In this document: piece after piece, positions 1-9,137 of the stretch | How positions within the stretch are numbered: position 1 is the first letter of the stretch | Layout: each line of letters begins with the position of its first letter | DNA from: Myxococcota bacterium | GTDB lineage: Bacteria; Myxococcota_A; UBA9160; UBA4427 | Direction: 5' to 3' | Length of the DNA: 64,000 nucleotides | Assembly: GCA_965250285.1 (NCBI GenBank) | Contig: OZ252299.1 | Span: 1,248,001-1,312,000, forward strand | The notes under the pieces: model-generated | Database searches by the model: none | Told to the model about the DNA's origin: nothing | Seen by the model: the letters and a program-made list of their open reading frames with translations, nothing else | Made by a program: the position numbers and the translations under genes

Positions 1-1554
1 GCCCAGGTCGATCGCCGCTGGTTCACGACCCAGCGCTGCCGATGGGATGGGGCGACGGGGGACTGGCCGTGCGCGCTGTCGCCGGCATCGCCGCCTGCCG
101 AGGCGCCCGAGCCGGCGACCACCGACTTCGTGGTCCAGGGCGACAAGGCCCAGCGAGAGGTGACGCCTTCGTTCGTGCTCGTCGACTTCGACATCCCTTA
201 CCGCATCGACGGTGTGCACGGCGATCGCTTCCGCGGCGCGGGCCTCGTGATCGACGCGGCCGAGGGGCTCGTCGTGGTCGACCGCGAGACGGTGCCGGTG
301 GCGCTCGGCGATCTCTCGCTCACGTTCGCGAGCTCGATTCAGATCCCCGGCGAGGTGGTCTATCTGCACCCCGAGCACAACATCGCGATCATTCGCTACG
401 ACCCGGCGCTTCTCGGCGACACGCCGGTCGAGAGCGCCGAGCTGCGCGACGCAAGACTCGATCCCGGCGACGACGTGTACCTCGTCGGCATGACCTCGAG
501 CGAACGCGTCGTGACGCGTTCGACCCGCATCGCGCGGAAGGAGCCGCTGCAGATGCCCGTTCCGTATCCGCCGCGGTTTCGAGAGTCGAACCTCGAGGTC
601 GTGACCCTCGACGACTCTGCGTCGACGGTGGGCGGTGTCCTGACCGACAAGAAGGGGCGGGTGCACGCGCTGTGGGCGTCGTACACGGCCGGGTCGGGGC
701 AGGGCGCCGAAGCGTTCTTTGCGGGCATTCCGATCCAGTCAGTCAGCGATCTCCTCGGCCCGCTCGAAGCTGGTGAGCCGGTCGGTTGGCGGACCCTCGG
801 CGCCGAGCTTCGGCCGATCACGCTCGCGAACGCGCGGGATCGTGGTCTGCCCGAGGCCGAGGCGCGCCTGCTCGAGGAGCACGACGAGAACGCGCGCACC
901 GTGCTCTCCGTGCTCCGACTCGCTGCGGGGTATCCCGCGTCAGACGTCCTGCGCGCCGGCGACCTGCTGCTCGCCATCGACGGCGAGCCGGTGACGGCGT
1001 TCCGCGAGGTCGAACGCGCCTCGCAGCGCGAGCGCGTCGCGATTCGGGTCTTGCGCGATGGAGAGATCCTCGACCTCGACGTACCGACCGAGGCGGTGTC
1101 GGGTTCGGGTACGACCGAGGCGGCGTTGTGGGCCGGGACGCTGTTGCAGGCGCCGCCTCGGGCGCTCGCCACGCAACGCGGCCTGCCGCAGGAGGGTGTC
1201 TACGTCTCGCGCTTCTGGTTCGGCTCACCGGCGAACCGCTACGGGCTGCAGGCCACGCGTCGCATCGTCGAGGTCGATGGCCAGCCGACGCCCGATCTCG
1301 AGACGTTCCTCGAGGTCGTCGCCGGTCGACCCGATCGCAGCGGCGTGCTGCTGCGCACCATCGACCTCGACGGCAAGGTCGACGCCATCACGCTTCGACT
1401 CGATCTCGAGTACTGGCCGACGTGGGTGCTGCGGCGCGGCGACGATGGCTGGACGCGGACCTCGGCCGACGCGACGACGCCCGGCGCCGCGGTCGAGGGG
1501 CTGGCGCGGCCAGCCGGTGAGGCTGCAGCCGAAGCAGCGGCGGGCGGGGGTTGA
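1..1554 (+). CDS. Nma111/DEG7-like HtrA-family protease, C-terminal half (protease-like domain + PDZ domains); 5' partial
   Basis: Frame is open from base 1 (AQVDRRWF...). Trypsin-like segment GAGLVIDAAEGLVVVDR...HPEHNIAIIRYDP; PDZ-like segments VLRAGDLLLAIDGEPV and GSPANRYGL. Confidence 0.75.
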   Translation, partial: AQVDRRWFTTQRCRWDGATGDWPCALSPASPPAEAPEPATTDFVVQGDKAQREVTPSFVLVDFDIPYRIDGVHGDRFRGAGLVIDAAEGLVVVDRETVPVALGDLSLTFASSIQIPGEVVYLHPEHNIAIIRYDPALLGDTPVESAELRDARLDPGDDVYLVGMTSSERVVTRSTRIARKEPLQMPVPYPPRFRESNLEVVTLDDSASTVGGVLTDKKGRVHALWASYTAGSGQGAEAFFAGIPIQSVSDLLGPLEAGEPVGWRTLGAELRPITLANARDRGLPEAEARLLEEHDENARTVLSVLRLAAGYPASDVLRAGDLLLAIDGEPVTAFREVERASQRERVAIRVLRDGEILDLDVPTEAVSGSGTTEAALWAGTLLQAPPRALATQRGLPQEGVYVSRFWFGSPANRYGLQATRRIVEVDGQPTPDLETFLEVVAGRPDRSGVLLRTIDLDGKVDAITLRLDLEYWPTWVLRRGDDGWTRTSADATTPGAAVEGLARPAGEAAAEAAAGGG

Positions 1555-2228
1555 ACATGGCGCTCTCGTGGGCGCAGGTGGCGCGCGTCGGCTCGGGCTC
1601 CCGGGTTGCGCGCACCCTGGGTCCGCGCCCGGCGAAGCCGCTCGAGCTCTACGAGTTCGAGACCTGTCCGTTCTGCCGCAAGGTGCGCGAGGCCATCCAG
1701 ATCCTCGACCTCGAGGTCACGGTGCGACCCTGCCCGAAGCGCGGCGCCCGGTATCGACCCGCGGCCCGCGAGATCGGCGGACGTGCGCAGTACCCGCTCC
1801 TCATCGACCCGAACTTCGACCTGGTGCTCTATGAGTCGGACGACATCGTTCGGCACCTCTTCGAGCGCTACGGCCGCACGCGCGCGCCGTGGCCGCTCGG
1901 GGGCGGCGCGGTCGGGACCGCATTGTCCGTGCTTGCGGGGCTCGTGCATCCGAGCGACGGCACGTTCGCCGTGGCGAGCACGCTCCCAGCGGTTCCGCTC
2001 GAGCTCTGGGCCGACGAGGGGTCGGACGCGGCTCGCCGCGTGCGCGCGCGGCTCTGCGCGCTCGAGCTGCCGTATCGGCTGACGCCGATGGCGACGGGAG
2101 GGGCAGGGGAGGCGATGCTCGCCCAGCGCGGTCTCGCGTCACCGACGCTGCACGATCCGAACGCGAGCGTCTGGCTCGAAGGGGCCGACGCGATCCTCGC
2201 CCAGCTGGAGCGCTACTGCTTGCACTAG
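1551..2228 (+). CDS. Glutathione S-transferase N-terminal/glutaredoxin-like domain protein (tandem domains)
   Basis: LELYEFETCPFCRKVRE, QYPLLIDPN, LYESDDIVRHL; second degenerate copy PLELW...LELPY; TTGA overlap with upstream stop. Confidence 0.85.
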   Translation: MNMALSWAQVARVGSGSRVARTLGPRPAKPLELYEFETCPFCRKVREAIQILDLEVTVRPCPKRGARYRPAAREIGGRAQYPLLIDPNFDLVLYESDDIVRHLFERYGRTRAPWPLGGGAVGTALSVLAGLVHPSDGTFAVASTLPAVPLELWADEGSDAARRVRARLCALELPYRLTPMATGGAGEAMLAQRGLASPTLHDPNASVWLEGADAILAQLERYCLH

Positions 2229-2265
2229 AGGTGGCTCGCTCGGCGGCGATGCGGCGACCCGGGAA

Positions 2266-3618
2266 TCAGGCGAGACGGTCGATCAAGAGCGTCGCGATGC
2301 TCAAGAAGATGAGGAAGCCGAGCGCGTCGGTGCCGAAGGTGACGATCACGCCCGACCCGAGCGCGGGGTCTTGCCGCAGTGCCTTCAGAGCGAGCGGCAC
2401 GGCGGCGCCGAGCAGTCCGGCGATCGTCAGCGTGGCCATCATCGCGAAGAGCAGCACCAGCCCCATCCAAGGGTTGCCCTCCCACGCATACGCGATGCCT
2501 CCGGTCGCAATGCCCGCGACCGTACCGATCACGAGGCCGACGCCCATCTCCTTGCCGATGGCGCGGATGCCGCTCGAGAATTCGATCTCACCGAGCGCGA
2601 TCGAGCGCGTGATCACCGTGAGCGTCTGGATGCCGCCGTTGCCACCCATGCCGCCGACGATCGGCAGGAATGCGGCGAGGACGACGAAGCGCTCGATCGT
2701 GTCCTGAAAGAGGTAGACGACGAGGCCGGCGGTGAAGGTCGTGACGAGATTGAGCGCGACCCACGGCAGACGCTTGCGAATCGAGAGCCGCGCCGAGCTG
2801 AAGACGCGATCCTCGTCGGAGAGGCCGGCGAGGTGGTACATGTCCTCGGTCGCCTCCTCGGTGATGACGTCGATCACGTCGTCGACGGTGATGACCCCGA
2901 GCATGGTGCCATCGATGTCCGTCACCGGGATCGCGAGCAGGTCATAGCGCGCCACCAGCTGCGCCACCTCCTCCTGGTCGGCGTCGGGGGGCGTCGAGAC
3001 TGGCTGGGCGATCATGAGGTCGGAGCAGGGCGTATCGGGCGGTGCCGCGACGAGGCGCCGGATCGGGACGACGCCCTTCAGGTGTCGCAGCTCATCGACC
3101 ACGTAGAGGTAGAGGATCTGATCGCTCGAGTCGCCGGCCGCTCGAATCGAGTCGATCGCCTCTTGCGCCGTCATCTTCTCGTCGAGCGCGACGAAGTTCG
3201 TCGTCATCACGCGTCCGGCGCTTTGCGCCGGGTAGAGCTCGGCGTGCCTCAGCTCGGCGCGCTTCGCCGCGGGCAGCAGCTGACGAATCGACTCGCTGCG
3301 CTCTTCGGGGATCGCGTCGACGAGCTCGAGCATGTCGTCGACCTCCATGCGCGCGAGCACCTCGGCGAGACGCTGGTCCGACAGCGCGTCGAAGATCTGC
3401 GGCATGAGATCATGTGGAAGCTCGCGCAGCATGGTCGCGGCGCGGCGTTGTTTGAAGAGCAGGTCGACCACCAGTCGAATCTCGCTCGGCGAGAGATCGG
3501 CGAGGAGTGGACCGAGATCGGCTGGATGCACGCGCTCGAGCAGACGCTCGGCGCGCACGAGTACACCGCTTGCGAGAAGTCGCCGCAGAACCCGCGCTGT
3601 GGGGATCGTGGAGGGCAT
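2266..3618 (-). CDS. mgtE: Magnesium transporter MgtE
   Basis: MgtE_N repeats, CBS pair (AGRVMTT, YDLLAIPV, GVITVDDV), TM motifs KRLPW, GMGGNGGIQ, DPALGSG. Start placed at ATG 3618. Confidence 0.95.
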   Translation of the reverse strand: MPSTIPTARVLRRLLASGVLVRAERLLERVHPADLGPLLADLSPSEIRLVVDLLFKQRRAATMLRELPHDLMPQIFDALSDQRLAEVLARMEVDDMLELVDAIPEERSESIRQLLPAAKRAELRHAELYPAQSAGRVMTTNFVALDEKMTAQEAIDSIRAAGDSSDQILYLYVVDELRHLKGVVPIRRLVAAPPDTPCSDLMIAQPVSTPPDADQEEVAQLVARYDLLAIPVTDIDGTMLGVITVDDVIDVITEEATEDMYHLAGLSDEDRVFSSARLSIRKRLPWVALNLVTTFTAGLVVYLFQDTIERFVVLAAFLPIVGGMGGNGGIQTLTVITRSIALGEIEFSSGIRAIGKEMGVGLVIGTVAGIATGGIAYAWEGNPWMGLVLLFAMMATLTIAGLLGAAVPLALKALRQDPALGSGVIVTFGTDALGFLIFLSIATLLIDRLA

Positions 3619-4162
3619 CGCGCGCTCCCGGGTGTCGTGCATCTTGTCGCAGAAGGATCGGGTCTGGGGGTACCGACACACGCTCGATGCGTCTCGGGCG
3701 ACCGCCGGCGACCCTTTCGGTACATCAGTTGGCCGCGTTGCACTACCCCGGGGCGAGCGGGGCCACATCGAGTTGCGTCGAGCACAACATCGAGCGATTT
3801 CGGTCGGCTCGCGTCGGTGAGACGTCGCCGAGTGTGCGCCCGATCACTCGCCCCGGGGCGAGTGGGTGACATGCATCCGCCACCGAAATCACTGCACCGG
3901 AATCTCAGCGACATAGAAATGTCGAGCTGAGGGGGGTTCCCCAGTTGCGTCGAACGAAGCGACGGGAGATGATTGCCGAAACCCCGAGGGGTTTCGCCGT
4001 GATGTGTCGGCCCGGCCCGATGCAGACGTCGTGGGGGAGCGTCGGCCCGGCCGCCCGCTTCGCGCGACGGCGCGGTACGACCTCCCGCGGCACGCGAACT
4101 CGATGGACGCACGTCGGTGCGGATCGAGGTCGGCCGCGTGGTCAGAAGCGGAGAGCGTGGTC

Positions 4163-4396
4163 ATGAAGCAGCTGGTCGAGGACATCGTCAAAGCGCTGGT
4201 CGACCAACCCGGCGAGGTCCAGATCAAGGAGGTCGTCGGTGAGCATGCTCACGTGCTCGAGCTTCGGGTCGCCAAGGAAGATCTCGGCAAGGTGATCGGA
4301 AGGGGCGGCGCCCACGCGTCGGCCATTCGAACCTTGATGGCAGCCGCCAGCGGCAAAGAGAAGAAGCGCTACATCCTCGAGATCATCGAGCACTGA
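4163..4396 (+). CDS. khpA: KH-domain RNA-binding protein KhpA family
   Basis: MKQLVEDIVKALVD...LELRVAKEDLGKVIGRGG...AIRTL; GGAGAG RBS. Confidence 0.9.
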   Translation: MKQLVEDIVKALVDQPGEVQIKEVVGEHAHVLELRVAKEDLGKVIGRGGAHASAIRTLMAAASGKEKKRYILEIIEH

Positions 4397-4560
4397 GCGC
4401 GAGGTCGAACGGCCTCCGGCCGCGGCGACCGCATCGCCGCGCTCCTCCACAGATCGAATCGCTTCGACTGCGTGAACCCCGTCGTTGGGGCTCCGGTATG
4501 CTGACGCTCCCTTGGCCGGCGCCCGAGCGCGCGTCGGCTTGACCGTTCGCCGGAGTCGCC

Positions 4561-6384
4561 GTGCCTTTCTCCCCCCTCGAAGCGGATGCCCCCTTCACCC
4601 TGGGCGCGCAGCTCGATACGCGCGCAGCCCACCCCGAGCTCGCCGCACGTCCGTTCGCGGTGCACGATGACCGGGTCTGGTCGTATGCCGAGTACCGGGC
4701 CGAGGCGGTCCGCATCGCCGACTTCCTGCTCTCGCGCCTCGGCCGGCCGAGCTCATCGTCGCCGGGCCACGTCGCGATGCTGCTCGAGAATCACCTCGAG
4801 CTGCTCTCGCTGTACGCGGGGTGCGGCTACGCGGGCATGACGCTCTTCGGCATCAACACGGGCCTCGTCGGCGAGACGCTCGCGGGCGTCGTGAATCAGT
4901 CGCGGGCTCGGCTTCTCGTCGTCGATGAGAAGCTGCTGCCGCGCGTCGAGGCAGTGCTCGGCTCACTCGTGCACATCGACGAGCGAGACGTGCTCGTCGT
5001 TCCGACTCAGGGGGCGGCGATCTCGGCGGGGGAGCGCTTCGACGTTGCGCTCGAGCGCGAGTGTGGCCCGGTGTCGGTCGAGCGGCCGACACCCAAAGCA
5101 GACGTCTCGCCCGAGACGAATCTGATGGTCATCTATACGTCGGGTACGACCGGCCTGCCCAAGGGCATCAACAACAATCATGCGAAGCTGCTGATCATTG
5201 GCCGCACCGTGTCGGGCAATCTCGACCTCGGTGTCGACGATCGGGGCTACGCCTGCATGCCGCTCTTCCACTCGAACGCGATCTTTCTCGGTGTCATGCC
5301 GGCTTTCACCGTCGGGGCCTCGGTGGCGCTGCGCGAGCGGTTCAGCGCAAGCCGCTTCGTGCCCGACGTCTTCGAGCACGGCGTGACCTACTGGAACTAC
5401 GTGGGCGAGCCCGTGCACTACATCCTCGGGGCGATCGAGACGGCGACGGAAGGCGATCCGCAGCGCCTGCGCGCCGAGGTCACGCACCACCCGGCCAATC
5501 GGCTGCGCTACGCGGTTGGCAACGGCGCGTCCCCGCCCGATCTCGATCGATTCGTCGAGTGGCTCGGTCTCGACGACATGTTCGAGCTCTACGGCTCGAC
5601 CGAGGCCGCGATCAGCACGTTCCGGAAGCGAACCGACCCGCGCGGATCAGTCGGCGAGATCGCCGACGAGCGCGTGCAGATCCTGGCCGACGACGGCCGG
5701 GTGTGTCCGCCGGCGGAGCTCGATGCCGACGGCAAGATCACGAACTACGCCGATGCGGTCGGCGAGATCTGTCGCGTCGCCGAGGATACGGCGCTCTTTC
5801 AGGGCTACTTCGACAACGCCGACGCCAACGCGAGCAAGTTTCGCGATGGCATCTACCACTCGGGCGATCTCGGCCACGTGGTCGAGCGTGACGGACGCCG
5901 GTTCCTCTTCTTCGACGGACGGACCGATGACTGGATCCGCAAGGACGGCGAGAACTTCTCGGGCGCGCAGGTCGCTCGGCTCGCATCGGAGCACCCCGGT
6001 GTCGTCCTCGCCGCCGCGTACGGCGTGCCGTGCGCGGTGAGCGACGAGCTCGTCATGGTCGCGCTAAAGCTCGCACAAGGTGCGTCGTTCGACCCCCAAC
6101 AGTTCTTCGACGCGTGCGAGCGGCAGACCGAGCACGGCGGCATGGATCGCAAGTGGTTTCCGGACTTCGTTCGTGTGGTCGACGACTTCGAGTACACGCA
6201 GACCGAGAAGATCCTCGTGCGCAATCTGAAGAAGCAGCACTTCCACCCGGCGCGCGTCGCAGGCGATCCGGTCTGGTGGCGGGAGCGCAGCAGCACCTCG
6301 TACGCGGCCTTCACGCCGGCCGACTTCGAGCGATTGCGCGAGCGGTTCGTGGCGGCCGAGCGAGAAGACCTGCTCGAGCGCTAG
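4561..6384 (+). CDS. Acyl-CoA synthetase (AMP-binding, FadD17/CaiC-like)
   Basis: YTSGTTGLPKG, PLFHSNA, YGSTE, SGDLG, GRTDDWIRKDGEN. Confidence 0.9.
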   Translation: MPFSPLEADAPFTLGAQLDTRAAHPELAARPFAVHDDRVWSYAEYRAEAVRIADFLLSRLGRPSSSSPGHVAMLLENHLELLSLYAGCGYAGMTLFGINTGLVGETLAGVVNQSRARLLVVDEKLLPRVEAVLGSLVHIDERDVLVVPTQGAAISAGERFDVALERECGPVSVERPTPKADVSPETNLMVIYTSGTTGLPKGINNNHAKLLIIGRTVSGNLDLGVDDRGYACMPLFHSNAIFLGVMPAFTVGASVALRERFSASRFVPDVFEHGVTYWNYVGEPVHYILGAIETATEGDPQRLRAEVTHHPANRLRYAVGNGASPPDLDRFVEWLGLDDMFELYGSTEAAISTFRKRTDPRGSVGEIADERVQILADDGRVCPPAELDADGKITNYADAVGEICRVAEDTALFQGYFDNADANASKFRDGIYHSGDLGHVVERDGRRFLFFDGRTDDWIRKDGENFSGAQVARLASEHPGVVLAAAYGVPCAVSDELVMVALKLAQGASFDPQQFFDACERQTEHGGMDRKWFPDFVRVVDDFEYTQTEKILVRNLKKQHFHPARVAGDPVWWRERSSTSYAAFTPADFERLRERFVAAEREDLLER

Positions 6385-6586
6385 GTTCGCAGCCGACCGA
6401 TCGCGTCGACGCCTTCGACGGGCCGTGCGGGCTCTTCGAGCGATCGGCAACCGATGCGCAACGCGAGTGCCGTGAAACGTCTGCGTCGATTTCGATCGTG
6501 TAATCGAGCGCGGACGCCGCGCTCGGTGGCGAGCCCTTGATCACGTCACGTCGAGTGGTTGCGTCGCGAGTTGCCTGCGTAGGTTT

Positions 6587-6602
6587 CGGCACGCGGGTTG
6601 CT
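6587..6602 (+). promoter_or_regulatory. Sigma54 (-24/-12) promoter
   Basis: CGGCACGCGGGTTGCT: GG-N10-GC spacing with GGCACG and TTGC consensus, intergenic, about 85 nt upstream of the TPR gene. Confidence 0.7.
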
Positions 6603-6687
6603 TTCCTCATGGGCAGTGAATTTGCCCGTCCGCTGATGCGATCCGCACGCGCCGGCCGGGCCCCTGCGAGAGGGGAGAGTGGGACCC

Positions 6688-7200
6688 ATGATGCACGTCG
6701 AACCCGGATCATCCGATGCGACCGTTTCGGTATCGCAGCTCGTCACGACCAAGCAGCTCTTGGAGTCGGCGCTCGAACGCGCCGAGCATCTCGAGTACGA
6801 AGAGGCGCTGCCCCTGTTCGAGCAGCTGCTGAACCGCGACCCTCGCAGCGCGCGGCTGCGCAGCTACCACGCCCTCTGCCGTGCGGTCGCCGATCGACGC
6901 TTCGACGAAGGCCTCGAGCAGTGCCAGGCGGCCGCCAAGCAGGAGTTCTTCAACCCCGAGCTCTATCTGAACCTGGCCCGACTGCACCTGGCCTTCGGCT
7001 TCAAGGCCGAAGGGGTGCGCTTCGTGCGGCGCGGGCTCATGATCGATCCGGGCAACGAAGCGCTGTCGCAGGCGATGATCGACCTCGGTTCTCGCGTCTC
7101 CCCCGTGCTGTCGTTCCTGCCGCGCCGACATCCGCTGAATCGCCTGCTCGGGCGCGCACGGTCTCGCCTCGTGCGCATCGCGACGCCCGTCGCGGCCTGA
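6688..7200 (+). CDS. TPR-repeat protein
   Basis: YEEALPLFEQLL, NPELYLNLARLHL, GLMIDPGN TPR-like helices; AGGGGAG upstream. Confidence 0.75.
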   Translation: MMHVEPGSSDATVSVSQLVTTKQLLESALERAEHLEYEEALPLFEQLLNRDPRSARLRSYHALCRAVADRRFDEGLEQCQAAAKQEFFNPELYLNLARLHLAFGFKAEGVRFVRRGLMIDPGNEALSQAMIDLGSRVSPVLSFLPRRHPLNRLLGRARSRLVRIATPVAA

Positions 7201-7254
7201 ACCCCAAGGGGTTCGTCCGCATTTCGGGCCCTGGCGGCGTCCCAAGCGGCTTCC

Positions 7255-7282
7255 TTGACTTCGCCGCGGCCATTCCTACACT
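7255..7282 (+). promoter_or_regulatory. Sigma70-type promoter upstream of bS22 leader
   Basis: TTGACT-N16-TACACT. Confidence 0.6.
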
Positions 7283-7514
7283 GCGGCCGTCGCGCGCATC
7301 GCGACCTGAGCGGGTGCCGTCTCGAGGGACGTGCCCGCGCCCCGTCTGCCGATCGACTTGGTTGCCCACCCGGCGTGTTTCTGCGCTGAGACAGCCTCGG
7401 TGTCGGTCGGGGGTGCGTTCACGATGTGCAAGAGTGATGGGACTCGCCGCGACTCGATCCAAGCGCCGGGTGTTCGACGACGACGTCGGGCCAGAGCGCG
7501 AGAAAGGAGCCCGC

Positions 7515-7601
7515 GTGGGCAGCGTGATCAAGAAGCGCCGAAAGAAGATGCGCAAGCACAAGCAGCGCAAGCTTCTCAAGCGACAGCGCCACAAGAAGTA
7601 G
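7515..7601 (+). CDS. AURKAIP1/COX24-domain small ribosomal protein (bS22/mS38-like), 28 aa
   Basis: GTG start after AGAAAGGAG; MGSVIKKRRKKMRKHKQRKLLKRQRHKK matches the family signature. Confidence 0.9.
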   Translation: MGSVIKKRRKKMRKHKQRKLLKRQRHKK

Positions 7602-8314
7602 TCGTCGCCCGCGTTTCGGGTGTGAATGCACCCTGACCAGAGCCGAGCGTTGCCACGCATCTCTCGAGCCGGGTCGAACGTGGCGACGCGTGAAACGCAC
7701 GACGCACCCGCCCGACCGACTCTGTCGTGTCGTGCAGGTCGAGAACGGACGGTCGGCGGGGTCGACTGCGCATTGCGCAGGGCCTCTGCAGCCGTCCGTT
7801 CGTCGTTTGAGGCGGCGAAGGTCGAGGGGAGCACGCCCCAACCGGCCCATGCGCAGCGAAGTGCATCCCCGGCCGCAACGGTTCGGCGCCTTCGCCCCCC
7901 CCGACTCCCAGCCATCTCTGCACCTGCACCTGTACCTGCGCGTCCACACCGATGAACGCGCTGCGTCGTGAACCCTTCGAGTGATCGTGCGGTCGATGCC
8001 CGCCCTTTGTTTCACGCACACGTTGATCGATGCGAATGCGAATCGAACGCGCGCAGTGGCGCTTCGAATGCGCTCGGTGTGCTTCCTTCTTCTTTTCGAA
8101 CGTGTTTCGACTCGTACTTTTCGTGTGCGTTGGCGTTCGAACGCGTTGACTGCGCGCACGCCGATGTGCGCTTCATGTTTTCTTTGCAACTCATTGAACG
8201 AACAAGCAAAACCCTTTGCGCGACACACGATGCGGAACACACTCGTTGCGCTCGATTCTGGTTCGTCGGCCGCAGTTCACACGTCTATCCACTTGTTTTT
8301 TTTGGGGTATCGAC

Positions 8315-8344
8315 TTGACGCCCGCGAAAATTCGGTGTTAGCGT
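8315..8344 (+). promoter_or_regulatory. Sigma70-type promoter with extended -10 and T-rich upstream tract
   Basis: TTGACG-N18-TAGCGT with TG at 8336-8337; T-run at about 8296-8303. Confidence 0.5.
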
Positions 8345-8557
8345 CACTCGCAACAACCGCTCTAGGGCCGCGGATTGTGATGAGAACGTCGGGCGACTGA
8401 TGGTCGTTTGGTTTCAAGTCACCCACGCCGCACTCCGATAGGAGATCAGCACACGGTTTGGCATTTTCCGTCGCAATCGGTCGACCGAGCTCGGTTCGGT
8501 CGGGCGAGCGGGATGGGGACCGTGGCTCTACGAGTATGAAAGGGGGGTGACCCACCC

Positions 8558-8839
8558 ATGGCAGCTCGCAAGAAGAAGGCAACGAAGAAGAAGGCCGCCA
8601 AGCGCAAGGCCGGCAAGAAGAAGGCTTCGCGCAAGAAGAAGGCGACCAAGAAGAAGGCCTCCAAGAAGAAGGCCCGCAAGAAGGCCTCGAAGAAGAAGGC
8701 CCGCAAGAAGGCCTCCAAGAAGAAGGCCGGCAAGAAGAAGGCCGCCAAGCGCCGAAAGAAGGCGGCCAAGAAGAAGGCTGGCAAGAAGAAGGCGTCGCGC
8801 AAGAAGGCGTCGCGGAAGAAGGCCCGCCGCAAGAAGTAG
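8558..8839 (+). CDS. Histone H1/protamine-like Lys/Arg/Ala-rich protein
   Basis: 93 aa of KKKA[S/T/G/R] repeats; AAAGGGGGG RBS; followed by a terminator. Confidence 0.85.
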   Translation: MAARKKKATKKKAAKRKAGKKKASRKKKATKKKASKKKARKKASKKKARKKASKKKAGKKKAAKRRKKAAKKKAGKKKASRKKASRKKARRKK

Positions 8840-8889
8840 CTCGCTGCTTCGAGCAAGCGAGGGGTCTCTCCTCGCCAGGAGCCTATGGG

Positions 8890-8926
8890 CCCCGGCCGGC
8901 GCAAGCCGGCCGGGGTTTCCTTCTTT
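8890..8926 (+). terminator. Rho-independent terminator
   Basis: CCCCGGCCGGC-GCAA-GCCGGCCGGGG followed by TTTCCTTCTTT. Confidence 0.85.
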
Positions 8927-9137
8927 GGGCGCCCTTCGTGCGCGCCCGCGCTGCGGGCGGGCGTTTTGACGGCTGCAGGCGGCTGGCCTAGATTCCCGAT
9001 CTCCGCCCCGGTTGTCCCGCGGGGCAAATCGACGACACCGACTCACTCACGAATCCACGTCGCAACGCGTCCGGCGACGGCCGACGCGATCGACCTCCGA
9101 TCCGTGCCTTCGAAACTCCGAACCGAGGAACGCCGCC

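Noticed and set aside
3619..3900. M-box/Mg2+ riboswitch in the mgtE leader
   Set aside because: No recognisable ykoK consensus or terminator by eye; needs cmscan.
7990..8310. Possible oriC (AT-richer DNA, CTATCCACT at 8285-8293)
   Set aside because: Only one 7/9 DnaA-box-like word, no box cluster, and no dnaA/dnaN/gidA context.
8459..8475. Sigma54-like TGGCA...TCGCA upstream of the histone-like gene
   Set aside because: GG-to-GC spacing is 11, not the required 10.
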